DNA of 64,000 bases from an uncultured Desulfospira sp. (GTDB taxonomy: Bacteria > Desulfobacterota > Desulfobacteria > Desulfobacterales > Desulfobacteraceae): assembly GCA_963663165.1 (NCBI GenBank), contig OY760175.1:6528001-6592000 (forward strand), written 5' to 3'. Within the stretch, counting starts at the first letter, position 1. Every line of letters begins with the position of its first letter. Shown in pieces: positions 39,927 through 49,724 of this stretch. A model generated the notes under the pieces. The model was not told where the DNA came from and did no database searches. It saw only the letters and a program-made list of their open reading frames with translations. A program made the position numbers and the translations under genes.

Positions 39927-40747
39927 AAGTAAAGGCACTGGTATTAACCGGTTTTGGGTTAAACTGCGACAATGAAACCGCCCTGGCCTTTGAACTGGCC
40001 GGGGCAGCGGCTCACCGGGTTCATATCAATTCCCTGGTTTCCGGGGATGTTCAACTGGCGGATTTCCAGATTCTTGCCTTTGGCGGCGGGTTTTCCTGGG
40101 GGGATGACCATGGGGCCGGCGTGATCCAGGCCGTAAAGCTTAAAACCCACATTGGTGAAGATCTCCTTGACTTTGTGGCCACAGGCAAACTGGTCATCGG
40201 GATCTGCAACGGGTTCCAGGCCCTGGTTAATCTCGGGCTTCTGCCGGGAATGGATCAGGACTATACCCAACGCTCGGTGTCGGTTACCTACAATGACTGC
40301 GGCAATTTCCAGGATCGCTGGGTCCATTTAAAAGCCAATGAAAAAAGTCCTTGCGTATTCACAAAAAATATTTCCATGGCCGATTTTCCCATCCGCCACG
40401 GTGAAGGCAAATTTATTGCCGACCCGGACATGATCCGGAAAATTGCCCAACAGGGCCAGATCGTATTTCAATATGCTGACAAAGACGGGAACCCGGCCAA
40501 GGGGAAATTTCCTTTAAACCCCAATGGGTCCCTGGAAGATATTGCCGGCATCTGTGACCCCACCGGCCGTATTTTCGGCCTGATGCCCCACCCGGAAGGG
40601 TATAACCACTTTACCAACCACCCGGACTGGACGCGGAAAAGCCAGGAGGCCAAACGCCGGGGAATTGAGTTTGGCAAGGATATTACACCGGGAATTGCCC
40701 TGTTTAAAAACGGGGTGGATTATATCAAAGAGAATTTTACCTGTTAG
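39923..40747 (+). CDS. purQ: Phosphoribosylformylglycinamidine synthase glutaminase subunit
   Basis: GGFSWGD, GICNGFQ, HGEGKF, NPNGS, GLMPHPE. Confidence 0.97.
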   Translation: MKVKALVLTGFGLNCDNETALAFELAGAAAHRVHINSLVSGDVQLADFQILAFGGGFSWGDDHGAGVIQAVKLKTHIGEDLLDFVATGKLVIGICNGFQALVNLGLLPGMDQDYTQRSVSVTYNDCGNFQDRWVHLKANEKSPCVFTKNISMADFPIRHGEGKFIADPDMIRKIAQQGQIVFQYADKDGNPAKGKFPLNPNGSLEDIAGICDPTGRIFGLMPHPEGYNHFTNHPDWTRKSQEAKRRGIEFGKDITPGIALFKNGVDYIKENFTC

Positions 40748-40793
40748 CCATTGGCTTTTAGCTGTTCGCCTTTAGCGGTTGGTTGTTAGCTGA
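40741..40793. repeat. Degenerate heptamer array (GCNNTTA family) starting at the purQ stop codon
   Basis: CTGTTA GCCATTG GCTTTTA GCTGTTC GCCTTTA GCGGTTG GTTGTTA GCT; 7-nt periodicity. Confidence 0.75.
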
Positions 40794-40805
40794 TATCAAG
40801 GGGAG

Positions 40806-41510
40806 TTGATCAAGGTGCTCGGAACATTTGTCAACTGCCTGGCCATTATTGCCGGCAGTTTTGCGGGATTGCTGTTTAAAAGCGGGATACCTGAGCGGTT
40901 CAATCATACCATCATGCAGGCCGCCGGCCTCTGTGTTATCCAGGTGGGCTTGAAAACCTCTCTGGGATGTGACGATTTCATCATTGTTATCATCAGTCTG
41001 GCCATTGGGTCAATTATCGGTGAGATGATGAAGATCGAGGACACCCTTGAACGCTTTGGCAAATTTCTGGAAAATAAATTTTCAAGCCCCGGGTCAACCT
41101 TTTCGACCGGATTTGTCACGGCCTCGCTGCTTTACTGCGTGGGGTCAATGGCCATTATCGGATCTTTGGAAAGCGGACTTTTGGGCAAGCATGACATCCT
41201 GTTTGCCAAATCCTGCCTGGACGGCATTATCAGTATTGTTTTATGCTCTACCTTTGGGATAGGGGTGATGTTTGCCGCCGGCCCGGTGCTGGTCTACCAG
41301 GGGGGCATTACCCTGGCCGCAAGCCTGCTCAAGCCGTTGCTGATTCCCGAAGTCGTCAGCCAGATGTCCGGGGCCGGCGGGCTTTTGATCATGGCGTTAG
41401 GGATAAATACGCTGTTGAATCTGAAGATCAAGGTGGGCAATATGCTGCCGGCTGTATTCATCCCCCTGGTATGGTATGGTCTCCAAAGTATTTTTAAAAA
41501 TTTCTTTTAA
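40806..41510 (+). CDS. DUF554 (YqgA-like) membrane protein
   Basis: LGTFVN..IIAGS..G, GFVTASLLYCVGSMAIIGS, KSCLDG, YQGGIT, IKVGNMLPA. Confidence 0.9.
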   Translation: MIKVLGTFVNCLAIIAGSFAGLLFKSGIPERFNHTIMQAAGLCVIQVGLKTSLGCDDFIIVIISLAIGSIIGEMMKIEDTLERFGKFLENKFSSPGSTFSTGFVTASLLYCVGSMAIIGSLESGLLGKHDILFAKSCLDGIISIVLCSTFGIGVMFAAGPVLVYQGGITLAASLLKPLLIPEVVSQMSGAGGLLIMALGINTLLNLKIKVGNMLPAVFIPLVWYGLQSIFKNFF

Positions 41511-41540
41511 TCATTGTAAGTTGAAAAGGAGTGCTGGAAG

Positions 41541-42614
41541 ATGAAAAAAATTTCACGCAAGAACCTCAGTAAACTTTTGTCTATGGGGGTGATGGCCGTA
41601 TTCTTTTTTTCCCAGAACATGATGGCCGGCCTTTCTTATGCCGATGCCGGGAAGGCAGCAACCAAAGTTAATCACAAGCCCGTCAAATACTTTGTTCCCG
41701 AAAAACGGATGATGCTCACCGCCAGCGTCAAAGATGAAAAAGGCATTGAGCTGGTCAGATGTTACTTCAGGGCTGAAGGGGAGGCCGATTTTGTTTTTGT
41801 CCCCATGACCCAAACCAGTGATGGCACATACAGTGCCGTCCTCCCGGCCCCAAGTGCGGCCACACCGGCCATCGAATATGTGTTCCTGGTCGTCAACAGT
41901 GAAAAACAGATTGTCAAAACCCAGACCTTTACCGTCCCAAAACAGGAGGGTTCCGATACCCCTGAATGGCAGCAGGCCGGCTCAGAAGGCGATATTGCCG
42001 TTAAAACCGAACTTGAAAAACCACCGCAGCAGCTGGCGGGCTTTTCTGATTCCATTACCATTGACCAGGTGGAATCCTCCATGCGGTTTGGTATGGTGGC
42101 CGGCGGATTGTACGCCGTAACCTCTTCCGCCGCAGCCGGGGCCACGGCGGCCACGGCTGCCGGAACCATCACCGCTTCAGCCGGTATCTCCACAATGACC
42201 ATTGTGGCGGTGGGGGCGGCCGTTGTGGCCGGCGGCGTTGCCGTGGGCGCCAGCGGTGGCGGAGGCGGCGGTGGAAGCAGCGCTTCCGGCGGGTCTTTGT
42301 CGTATTCGGATGGTATTATTACCAATTCAGGTAATGAGCGTGTTACGGTAGACGATATAGCCATTACCTATGGCGGCCTTGCATCTTATGCATCTTCTGT
42401 CAGCAGTGCATTTTCTAACTATGGATATGATGTTTCAACCTCGGGCGATGATCTGATAATCTCCTGGGATGTTGATCAAACCCTTGCTGCGGGAGAGTAT
42501 ATTGACTTATCTGCCATGCAGTCTGTTGTCGATGAATACGCCGGTGAGTATGGCACGTCCCTTACAATCGATATCGGCACCAGTGACGGGACCTATTCAT
42601 TTACAAGTCAATAG
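41541..42614 (+). CDS. Exported protein, paralog 1: signal peptide, Ig-like domain, Ala/Gly hydrophobic segment, poly-Gly, acidic beta-rich C-terminal domain
   Basis: AGGAG RBS; signal ending LSYA; strong similarity to 42738-43910. Confidence 0.85.
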   Translation: MKKISRKNLSKLLSMGVMAVFFFSQNMMAGLSYADAGKAATKVNHKPVKYFVPEKRMMLTASVKDEKGIELVRCYFRAEGEADFVFVPMTQTSDGTYSAVLPAPSAATPAIEYVFLVVNSEKQIVKTQTFTVPKQEGSDTPEWQQAGSEGDIAVKTELEKPPQQLAGFSDSITIDQVESSMRFGMVAGGLYAVTSSAAAGATAATAAGTITASAGISTMTIVAVGAAVVAGGVAVGASGGGGGGGSSASGGSLSYSDGIITNSGNERVTVDDIAITYGGLASYASSVSSAFSNYGYDVSTSGDDLIISWDVDQTLAAGEYIDLSAMQSVVDEYAGEYGTSLTIDIGTSDGTYSFTSQ

Positions 42615-42710
42615 CGGTCACGGGCCGTCTTGGTTATCCAACCAAGCACCGCCCACAACAAATATTGAAAGTCTTCTCAGGACCTTAGTGAGACTTTCTT
42701 ATAAAAAAAA
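42612..42710 (-). repeat. REP-like element (family A, copy 2, inverted) plus A-tract
   Basis: 42619-42710 is the exact reverse complement of 49443-49534 (92 bp). Confidence 0.95.
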
Positions 42711-42737
42711 TGAAAAAGGTTAAAGGAGAACCGGAGG

Positions 42738-43910
42738 ATGCGTTGGTTTCCACAGGGTCACTTTATGAAAACAATTGTTTTCTTCCTGGGGATCTGCATC
42801 TTTTTTTCACAAAATCCGGTTTCCGGTTCTGCCCATGCTGTGGCGGCAGCCACCAAAGTCAAGCACAAGCCGGTTAAATACTTTGTTCCTGAAAAGCGGA
42901 TAACGCTCACCGCCTATATCAAGGATAAGAAAGGCGTTGAACTGGTCAGGTGTTACTTCAGGGCCAAAGGGGAGGCCAATTTTGTTTTTGTCCCCATGGC
43001 GCAAACCAAAGCCTTCACATACAGTGCCGTTCTTCCGGCGCCAGGCGGGGCCACCCAGGCCATTGAATATGTATTCCTGGCCGTCAATAAAGAGCAGCAG
43101 ATTGTCAAAACCCAGACCTTTGCCATTCCTGAACGGGCGGGGGCGGATACCCCTGACTGGCAGCAGGCCGGCTCTGAGGGCTCTATTGCCGTTAAAACAG
43201 AACTGGATCAGCCGCCAAAGCAGCTGGCGGGTTTTTCCGATTCCATTGTCATTGACCAGGTAGAATCTTCCATGCGGTTTGGTATGGTGGCCGGCGGATT
43301 ATATGCCGTAACGTCTTCGGCCGCCGCTGGAATGGCGGCCGCAGCAGCCGGAACCATAACGGCCACGGCCGGTATTTCCACGGCCGTCATTGTCGGTGTC
43401 GGGGTGGCGGCTGCCGGGGGCGTCGGGGTTGCTGTGAGCAGCAGCGGCGGGGGTGGCAGCGGCAGCAGCGATGCGGGCACCAGTGACACCGGTACCAGCG
43501 ACACCGGCACCAGCGACACCGGCACCAGCGATACCGGCACCAGCGACACCGGCACCAGCGAGGCGGGCAGTTCGGCTACCGGCCCCAATTTAGAGTATGA
43601 AAACAGTGTCCTCACCAACACCGGTGATGAGGGCATTGAGATTGAAACCATTATCGTGACATATGCCGGGTACGGCTATCTTTACCAATTGTTTGACAGT
43701 ACCAGTTATACAGATGATAACGGTATCTTATATACCTGGTCTGTGTCCGGCGATGACCTGGTCTGCACCATGACGGTGAATCAAACCCTGTCACCGGGAG
43801 AATATTATAATTTATACAGTTTGCAAACCCGGGTCCAAGAGTATGCCGGAGCCCTGGCCCCAACCCCGGAAGTGGTCGTGAATACAAGCAGCGGAACCTA
43901 TACATTCTAA
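42738..43910 (+). CDS. Exported protein, paralog 2, same architecture with a GTSDT repeat linker
   Basis: GGAGG RBS; signal ending SAHA; shared TKVxHKPVKYFVPEKR..ELVRCYFRA..ESSMRFGMVAGGLYAVTSSAAAG. Confidence 0.85.
   Translation: MRWFPQGHFMKTIVFFLGICIFFSQNPVSGSAHAVAAATKVKHKPVKYFVPEKRITLTAYIKDKKGVELVRCYFRAKGEANFVFVPMAQTKAFTYSAVLPAPGGATQAIEYVFLAVNKEQQIVKTQTFAIPERAGADTPDWQQAGSEGSIAVKTELDQPPKQLAGFSDSIVIDQVESSMRFGMVAGGLYAVTSSAAAGMAAAAAGTITATAGISTAVIVGVGVAAAGGVGVAVSSSGGGGSGSSDAGTSDTGTSDTGTSDTGTSDTGTSDTGTSEAGSSATGPNLEYENSVLTNTGDEGIEIETIIVTYAGYGYLYQLFDSTSYTDDNGILYTWSVSGDDLVCTMTVNQTLSPGEYYNLYSLQTRVQEYAGALAPTPEVVVNTSSGTYTF
43461..43565 (+). repeat. In-frame 15-nt tandem repeat (GSSDA, 5 x GTSDT, GTSEA)
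   Basis: Unit GGCACCAGCGACACC with synonymous variants. Confidence 0.95.
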
Positions 43911-43922
43911 TTTCCATGTAAC

Positions 43923-45329
43923 ATGAGAATCAGCCGAATTTTAAATAAAAAGACCTTTGGATATATGGGGCTTGTTTTGTTCCTTTTTACGGTTCCGGCC
44001 CTGTCCGGCAGCCTGTCCCCATCCGGAAAATTCATCAGCCTGTCCTTGGATGAGGCCATCAAAACAGCGCTTGAACGAAACAGGGGGCTTTGGGTGGCGG
44101 CCAATTCCGTGGAGAACAGCAGCCTGTCTCTTGAAAACGCCTGGTCAGCCTTTGATTTGAAATACACCCCTTCTGTGCTGTCCGGCGTTAGTAATGACAA
44201 TAAAACGTCAGGTGCCGGAATTTCGTTGAAAAAGAAATTAACATATGGCCCGGTGTTCTCCTTAACCCCCTATGTCAGGCATACCGAATACAGTGATACC
44301 TTAAAGGTATCCATGGGACTGACCGTACCGCTTCTGGGGGGATTCGGCGAAGATGTCAACATGGCCTCGGTTTATTCGTCACAGTTTGGGTTAAGGGACT
44401 CAAAGCGCAGCCAGTACCTGTCAAAGGTCAATACAATCCTGGCAACGGTTTCCTATGCCTTTCGCATAGACGAGCAGAAAAAACTGGTGTCCCTTTATCA
44501 GGAAAGAAAGGCCAGTTTAAGTGTGTATACCCTGGGGACCAAGGTTAAGAAAAAAGCAGGACTGGCCACCCCCATGGATGAATTCCGGACCCAGATATTT
44601 TTAAAAGATGTGGAGGATCAGCTATCCCAGTCCCGGAACAACCTGTCCGGCCTGGAAGAGGATTTCAAGAAACTGCTGGCCATTAACCCGGAAGACAGTT
44701 TCAGTGTTACGCCCCCGGATACCTTGCCGTCCATTGATGTGGCCCTGGATAAGGCCATAGCGACGGCTCTTGAGAACCGGGTTGAAATCAAACATGCCCA
44801 GGATTTTTTATCGGAAAAAATAAGGCAGATGGACCTGGCTGAAAAAAATCTGCTGCCGGATCTGAACCTGGTCTTAAGTTATCAGCGGTACGGTTCCTCA
44901 GATGAGTTTGACGAGATGCTGGCCTTAGATGAAGATTATTACAGCATCCAGCTGACCAGTTCTACCGACTGGTCACGGACCTCTGAAAAGATTGCCTACC
45001 GGAAAAGCCAGATTGCGGTGGAGAATGCCAAAACCGACATCACCCTGACCAAAGACACCATTATTGCCGATGTCAAACAGGCATTCCGGGCAAACCAGAA
45101 AAACCTGGAGCGCATGGAAATTCAAAAAGAACAGATCCACCAGGCCATGCAGAAGTTAAAACTGTCCACCATCAAATACCAGTATGAAATGGCGGATAAC
45201 TTTGATGTGATTGAATCTGAAAGGGAAATACAGCAGGCACAGGCCGATCTGCTGAGCGTTAAAACCGCTTATTGCGTAGGGGTTTACCAGCTTCAGGCAG
45301 CCATGGGGACCTTGCTTGAAAGGAAGTAG
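43923..45329 (+). CDS. TolC-family outer membrane channel
   Basis: Signal peptide; two repeats LSLDEAIKTALERN and LDKAIATALENRVEI; LLPDLNL; YQLQAAMGTL terminus. Confidence 0.88.
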   Translation: MRISRILNKKTFGYMGLVLFLFTVPALSGSLSPSGKFISLSLDEAIKTALERNRGLWVAANSVENSSLSLENAWSAFDLKYTPSVLSGVSNDNKTSGAGISLKKKLTYGPVFSLTPYVRHTEYSDTLKVSMGLTVPLLGGFGEDVNMASVYSSQFGLRDSKRSQYLSKVNTILATVSYAFRIDEQKKLVSLYQERKASLSVYTLGTKVKKKAGLATPMDEFRTQIFLKDVEDQLSQSRNNLSGLEEDFKKLLAINPEDSFSVTPPDTLPSIDVALDKAIATALENRVEIKHAQDFLSEKIRQMDLAEKNLLPDLNLVLSYQRYGSSDEFDEMLALDEDYYSIQLTSSTDWSRTSEKIAYRKSQIAVENAKTDITLTKDTIIADVKQAFRANQKNLERMEIQKEQIHQAMQKLKLSTIKYQYEMADNFDVIESEREIQQAQADLLSVKTAYCVGVYQLQAAMGTLLERK

Positions 45330-46812
45330 CGTGGGGGTTAAATCAGTACTTTTCAATTTGTTTGTCTATGGGATAACCGTTCTTTTATTCTTAAGTGCCG
45401 GCTGCGGCGACAGCCAAAAGAATTCAAATGGAGATCAGCCCATTGATGTTGCGATAGTTCAACCAAAATCCTTTGATATCCAGGTGGCCACCATCGGGGT
45501 TCTGGATGCGGCCCGGGCCCATATGCTCTCCTCTGATATAAGGGGGGATTATTCAAAAATAATTTTTATTATTGGTGACGGCACCCACGTTAAAAAAGGG
45601 GATCTTCTGGTTAAAATTGACCAGACCCCCTTTGAAGACCGGGTTGAGGAGCTGACGGCAGAAGTAGCGGCCTTGGAATCCGCCTGCAAGGCCAAAGAAC
45701 AGATGCTGGAATGGGAAAAAAACCAGGTTGAAAAGAATTTAAGCAACGCCCGGTATAACCAGACCCTGGCCAATCTCGAATATAAACGGCTCATCGAAGG
45801 GGACGGCCCCCTGCAGGTCAACCAGTATAAAACCGAAGTGGCCCGGGCCAAAGAAGAGTATGATAAATATGTGTCATACCATCATGAGCTGGAACAGCTC
45901 AAAAATGAAGGGTATTCAAACCCCTCTGAACTGTCTACTGCCCTGAAACGAAAAGACGAGTACAAGGAAAAGTACCAAACCGCCCAAAAGGCTCTGGAAA
46001 GTTATCAGGAACATGTCTACCCGTCCCTGAAACAGGCGGCCATGGCCAAGATGAAAAAAACCGAGGCCGACATCCTCCAGGCCGCCAATGACGGGGTGAT
46101 CAATATTGCCAAAGCCACGGCCACCCTTGAAGAGGCCAAAGGCGCCATGAGCAGCCGGCGGGCCGCATTGAAACAGGCCCGAAATGAACTCAAAAAGGTG
46201 GAACTTCGCGCGCCTTTTGACGGGATTGCCATTTTATATGAAACCTTCAGGGACGGTGAGAAAAGAAAGCCAAGGGTAGGGGACCGGATTATCCGGAACC
46301 AGCCCATCCTTTACCTGCCTGACATTTCGTCCATGATTGTAAAGACGGATATCCGGGAGGTTGACCTGCATAAGATCTCTTTAGAGCAAAAGGCCCAGGT
46401 CCAGGTAGACGCTTATCCCGATGCCCGGCTGGAAGGAAAGGTTGGCTTTATCGGCGCACTGGCCGCCGAGGTCAGGGGAAGCGGAACCGGCGGCAAATTT
46501 TTTCAGTGTACGGTGAATATACTTACCCGGGACCTGCGGCTTCGGCCCGGCATGACCAGCCGGGTGACCATTCTTTCCGGCCAGGTCAAAGATGCCCTTT
46601 GCGTGCCGGTCAGTGCGGTGTTTATAGAAGATGGGGGCTGTTTTTGCTACCGGGTTGAACGCGGCGGCTTTGAACGGATCCGGGTGAAAACCGGCCGTCA
46701 GAACCTGGATTATGTTGAGGTTGTTTCCGGCCTTAAGCCGGACGACAGGGTTGCCTTGACCCGGCCCGATCAGTATTCATATGAAAACGTCGTAAAATCA
46801 GAGGGCTCATAA
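45316..46812 (+). CDS. MacA/HlyD-type periplasmic adaptor with long coiled coil
   Basis: LSAGC lipobox-like motif; GDGTHVKKGDLLVKID, LRAPFDG, VDAYPD, LRPGMT, VPVSAV, VKTGRQN..VEVVSGL. Confidence 0.92.
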   Translation: MKGSSVGVKSVLFNLFVYGITVLLFLSAGCGDSQKNSNGDQPIDVAIVQPKSFDIQVATIGVLDAARAHMLSSDIRGDYSKIIFIIGDGTHVKKGDLLVKIDQTPFEDRVEELTAEVAALESACKAKEQMLEWEKNQVEKNLSNARYNQTLANLEYKRLIEGDGPLQVNQYKTEVARAKEEYDKYVSYHHELEQLKNEGYSNPSELSTALKRKDEYKEKYQTAQKALESYQEHVYPSLKQAAMAKMKKTEADILQAANDGVINIAKATATLEEAKGAMSSRRAALKQARNELKKVELRAPFDGIAILYETFRDGEKRKPRVGDRIIRNQPILYLPDISSMIVKTDIREVDLHKISLEQKAQVQVDAYPDARLEGKVGFIGALAAEVRGSGTGGKFFQCTVNILTRDLRLRPGMTSRVTILSGQVKDALCVPVSAVFIEDGGCFCYRVERGGFERIRVKTGRQNLDYVEVVSGLKPDDRVALTRPDQYSYENVVKSEGS

Positions 46813-46813
46813 C

Positions 46814-47482
46814 ATGACCCCCCTGGTGGATATCCAAAATTTATCCAAAACCTATGACATCAAGGGCCGGGCCATTCCCGTGTTGAATGGGATTAACCTT
46901 AAGGTCGATCCCGGCGACTTTATGTCCATCATGGGGCCTTCCGGGTCCGGGAAATCCACTCTGCTTCACCTGATCGGCATGCTGGACCGGCCGGATTCCG
47001 GTCAGTATAAGTTCAAAGGGCGATCGGTTCTCAATATTTCCGATAAGCAGTTGTCCTATTACCGGTCAAAGGCCATCGGGTTCGTATTCCAGACCTTTAA
47101 CCTGATTCCGGGCTTAAGCGTTCTGGAGAATGTAAAACTGCCGTTTTTGTATGCGCCGGGCCACACCGGCCATGCCCTGGAACGATCGGTTCAGGCCATT
47201 GAGCAGGTGGGACTCAAAGATCGTATGGACCATAAACCATCGGAGCTGTCCGGGGGAGAAATGCAGCGGGCCGCCATTGCCAGGGCCATTGCCATGGGGC
47301 CTGAAATTATTCTGGCCGATGAGCCCACCGGCAACCTGGACTCGGGCACCGGCAAGGGCATCTTAAAGTTGCTGTCGGGGTTGAATGAGAAAAAAGCGGC
47401 CATAATCATGATCACCCATGATGCCCATGTGGCATCCCATGCCCGGTCCCATATCACCATTAAAGACGGGAAAATCATTTGA
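46814..47482 (+). CDS. MacB/LolD-type ABC ATPase
   Basis: [48 protein letters not shown]. Confidence 0.96.
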   Translation: MTPLVDIQNLSKTYDIKGRAIPVLNGINLKVDPGDFMSIMGPSGSGKSTLLHLIGMLDRPDSGQYKFKGRSVLNISDKQLSYYRSKAIGFVFQTFNLIPGLSVLENVKLPFLYAPGHTGHALERSVQAIEQVGLKDRMDHKPSELSGGEMQRAAIARAIAMGPEIILADEPTGNLDSGTGKGILKLLSGLNEKKAAIIMITHDAHVASHARSHITIKDGKII

Positions 47483-48750
47483 AAGCGGTGCAAAAGGCAA
47501 AAGGGCTTGTCACCATATCCTTTCAAAGTCTTCTGGACCACAAGCTGCGGTCCGGATTGAGTACCCTCGGGATCATCTGCGGGGTCATGGCGGTGTTGAC
47601 CATGATTTCCATCGGAGAGGGGGCTAAACACGATCTGCTGCTGCAAATTGAACAGCTGGGAACCAAAAATATTTATCTCAAGCCAAGGGTCCTGAGCGAA
47701 GAACAGCAGAACCAGGCCGGTGCCAACCTGTCTGCCGGCCTGACCCCGGCCGATGCCATCCGGATCCGGAACGGATATGCCAGGATTAAAGACATTGCCC
47801 TGCTCAACGAGGTTAAGGCCACGGTGCTGGATACCCAGTCCAGTGCTGCCCCCCAGGTGATTGCGGTGTCGGACAACTATGGGGAAATCCTGGGCCTTGG
47901 CATGGCCCAGGGACGCTTCATATCGGCTGTGGATGGTGACTTAAAACAGCCGGTCTGCGTTTTAGGGGCCTCCCTGGCGGCCCAGCTGGGAAGCCGGGCA
48001 AACATCGGTTCCCGTATCCGGATTGAAGACCAGCTGTTCAAGGTGGTGGGAAAATTAAAAAATTTTGAGAGAAAGGCCAATGCCGGCAAAAAGGCGGCCA
48101 TATCTGTCCGCAATTATAATGACACCATTATGATCCCCTTTGGATTGGGCGCCCTGGTTTCACCTTCAGAGAAAATCATGGCGCCTTTAGCCCGCCATAC
48201 CCCCCGGGTCTCTGAAATCATTGTCCAGGTCCGGGATTCTGATCTGGTGGTACCGGCCGCAAAGCGCATCCAGAGAATTGTTTGCCTGTCCCATAACGGG
48301 GTGCTGGATTTTCAGGTCATTGTCCCCAGGGAGCTGCTGCGCCAGGCCCGGCAGACTCAGAAAACATTTAACCTGATCCTGGGGGCCATCGCCGGGATTT
48401 CTTTGTTGGTGGGCGGTATCGGCATCATGAACATCATGCTGGCCTCGGTTTATGAACGAACCCGGGAAATCGGCATACGGCGGGCGGTGGGGGCCACCAG
48501 AACGGACATTGTCTGGCATTTTTTAACCGAATCTATCCTGCTGACCTCCGTGGGGGGCGTGGCGGGGGTTTTCATGGGAATCATCACTGCGGCGGCGGTG
48601 TCAAGGCTCGGGCAATGGCAGACCCTGATCACGGCCTGGGCCATCCTTTTGCCGGTGCTGATGGCGGTGCTGGTGGGGGTCTTTTTTGGCATTTACCCGG
48701 CGGTCCAGGCATCCAAAATGGATCCCATCAAGGCACTCAGGCATGAGTGA
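47479..48750 (+). CDS. MacB/FtsX-type ABC permease
   Basis: [66 protein letters not shown]. Confidence 0.96.
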   Translation: MKAVQKAKGLVTISFQSLLDHKLRSGLSTLGIICGVMAVLTMISIGEGAKHDLLLQIEQLGTKNIYLKPRVLSEEQQNQAGANLSAGLTPADAIRIRNGYARIKDIALLNEVKATVLDTQSSAAPQVIAVSDNYGEILGLGMAQGRFISAVDGDLKQPVCVLGASLAAQLGSRANIGSRIRIEDQLFKVVGKLKNFERKANAGKKAAISVRNYNDTIMIPFGLGALVSPSEKIMAPLARHTPRVSEIIVQVRDSDLVVPAAKRIQRIVCLSHNGVLDFQVIVPRELLRQARQTQKTFNLILGAIAGISLLVGGIGIMNIMLASVYERTREIGIRRAVGATRTDIVWHFLTESILLTSVGGVAGVFMGIITAAAVSRLGQWQTLITAWAILLPVLMAVLVGVFFGIYPAVQASKMDPIKALRHE

Positions 48751-48759
48751 GGAAACCTG

Positions 48760-49431
48760 CTAGTCGGCTTTTATTTCAGTCGCCTGATTGAGCAGGTTCC
48801 CGAACTCCACTTCAATCTTGCCTGAAGGCAGTGTTTTCATCATTTCCTGAACCAGCCATTCCACCCGGTCCGTGCGGGAGGCCGATGCATGGCTCAGGCT
48901 GTTTAACAGGATGTTAATGGGGTCAACAGCCCATTGGCGGTGGGCCGTCCGCCATTGCTCGCCCTTCCACAACACAATCCCCGTCTCACAATGAATCAGT
49001 TTTAAAGAGCAGGATACCACAATGGCGTCATACCCATCCTGCTGAAGGTGGCCGGATTGGTCTATCTGGCCTAGCAGCACCGCCCGGGCATTTAACATTT
49101 CGCCCAAGCGTTTCAGGCTGATGCCCTGGAGCTGTCCCGGGGTCTGGATGCCCAGCTGCCCCATGGCCTCGCTGACCTTTTCAACGGAAACCCGGCGGTA
49201 TCCCTTTGATTGAAGCCGCTCATAAACCGCATGGTAAAGGGTGCTTTCAAGGCCCAGTTCCAGGGAAAAATTGTCCATGGGCAACACGGCAATGACATCC
49301 GGGCGGTATTGTTCAAATTGAGGGTGAACTTCCCAGAACTCCTGATCCTGTTTTTCCGCTGCCTTCCCCTGATCTGGGCCTGCCAGAAAAAACACCGTGA
49401 CAGCCAAGAGGATGGGAATGATGTTTTTCAT
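48760..49431 (-). CDS. DUF799/GNA1162-like periplasmic protein (no lipobox Cys)
   Basis: IAVLPMDN, LQSKGYRRV, LGEMLNARAVLLGQI, LIHCETGIVLW. Confidence 0.75.
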   Translation of the reverse strand: MKNIIPILLAVTVFFLAGPDQGKAAEKQDQEFWEVHPQFEQYRPDVIAVLPMDNFSLELGLESTLYHAVYERLQSKGYRRVSVEKVSEAMGQLGIQTPGQLQGISLKRLGEMLNARAVLLGQIDQSGHLQQDGYDAIVVSCSLKLIHCETGIVLWKGEQWRTAHRQWAVDPINILLNSLSHASASRTDRVEWLVQEMMKTLPSGKIEVEFGNLLNQATEIKAD

Positions 49432-49449
49432 AATTTTTTCTTTTTTTTT

Positions 49450-49724
49450 TATAAGAAAGTCTCACTAAGGTCCTGAGAAGACTTTCAATATTTGTTGTGG
49501 GCGGTGCTTGGTTGGATAACCAAGACGGCCCGTGGCCGTTTATATGAAAGTCTCACTAACAAGCTGAAAAGACTTTCATTTTTCGTTGTGGGCGGTGCTT
49601 GGTTGGATAACCAAGGCGGCCCGTGGCCGTTATAAGAAAGTCTCCCTAACGTCCTGAGAAGACTTTCATTTTTTGTTGTGGACGGGTTCTTGGCTGGATA
49701 ATCCAAGACGGCCCGTGGCCGTTA
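49450..49724 (+). repeat. Three tandem copies of the 91-bp REP-like element (family A, copies 3-5) filling the csgG-DUF799 gap
   Basis: Units at about 49450-49540, 49541-49631 and 49632-49724; the last overlaps the csgG stop codon. Confidence 0.95.

Noticed and set aside
42120..42170. LapG/BTLCP cleavage motif (TAAG) suggesting LapA-type adhesins
   Set aside because: Proteins are small, have Sec signals and no RTX repeats; the transporter is MacB-type; no lapG/lapD in the window; AAG is expected by chance in an Ala/Gly-rich tract
49450..49724. CRISPR array interpretation of the tandem triplet
   Set aside because: Whole 91-bp units repeat with no unique spacers, single copies occur elsewhere, and no cas genes are in the window
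42612..49724. Integron attC sites (TAAC at stop codons, GTTAG about 75 nt later)
   Set aside because: Units fold as two separate hairpins rather than one end-to-end palindrome, two copies lack the GTT, and no integrase is visible
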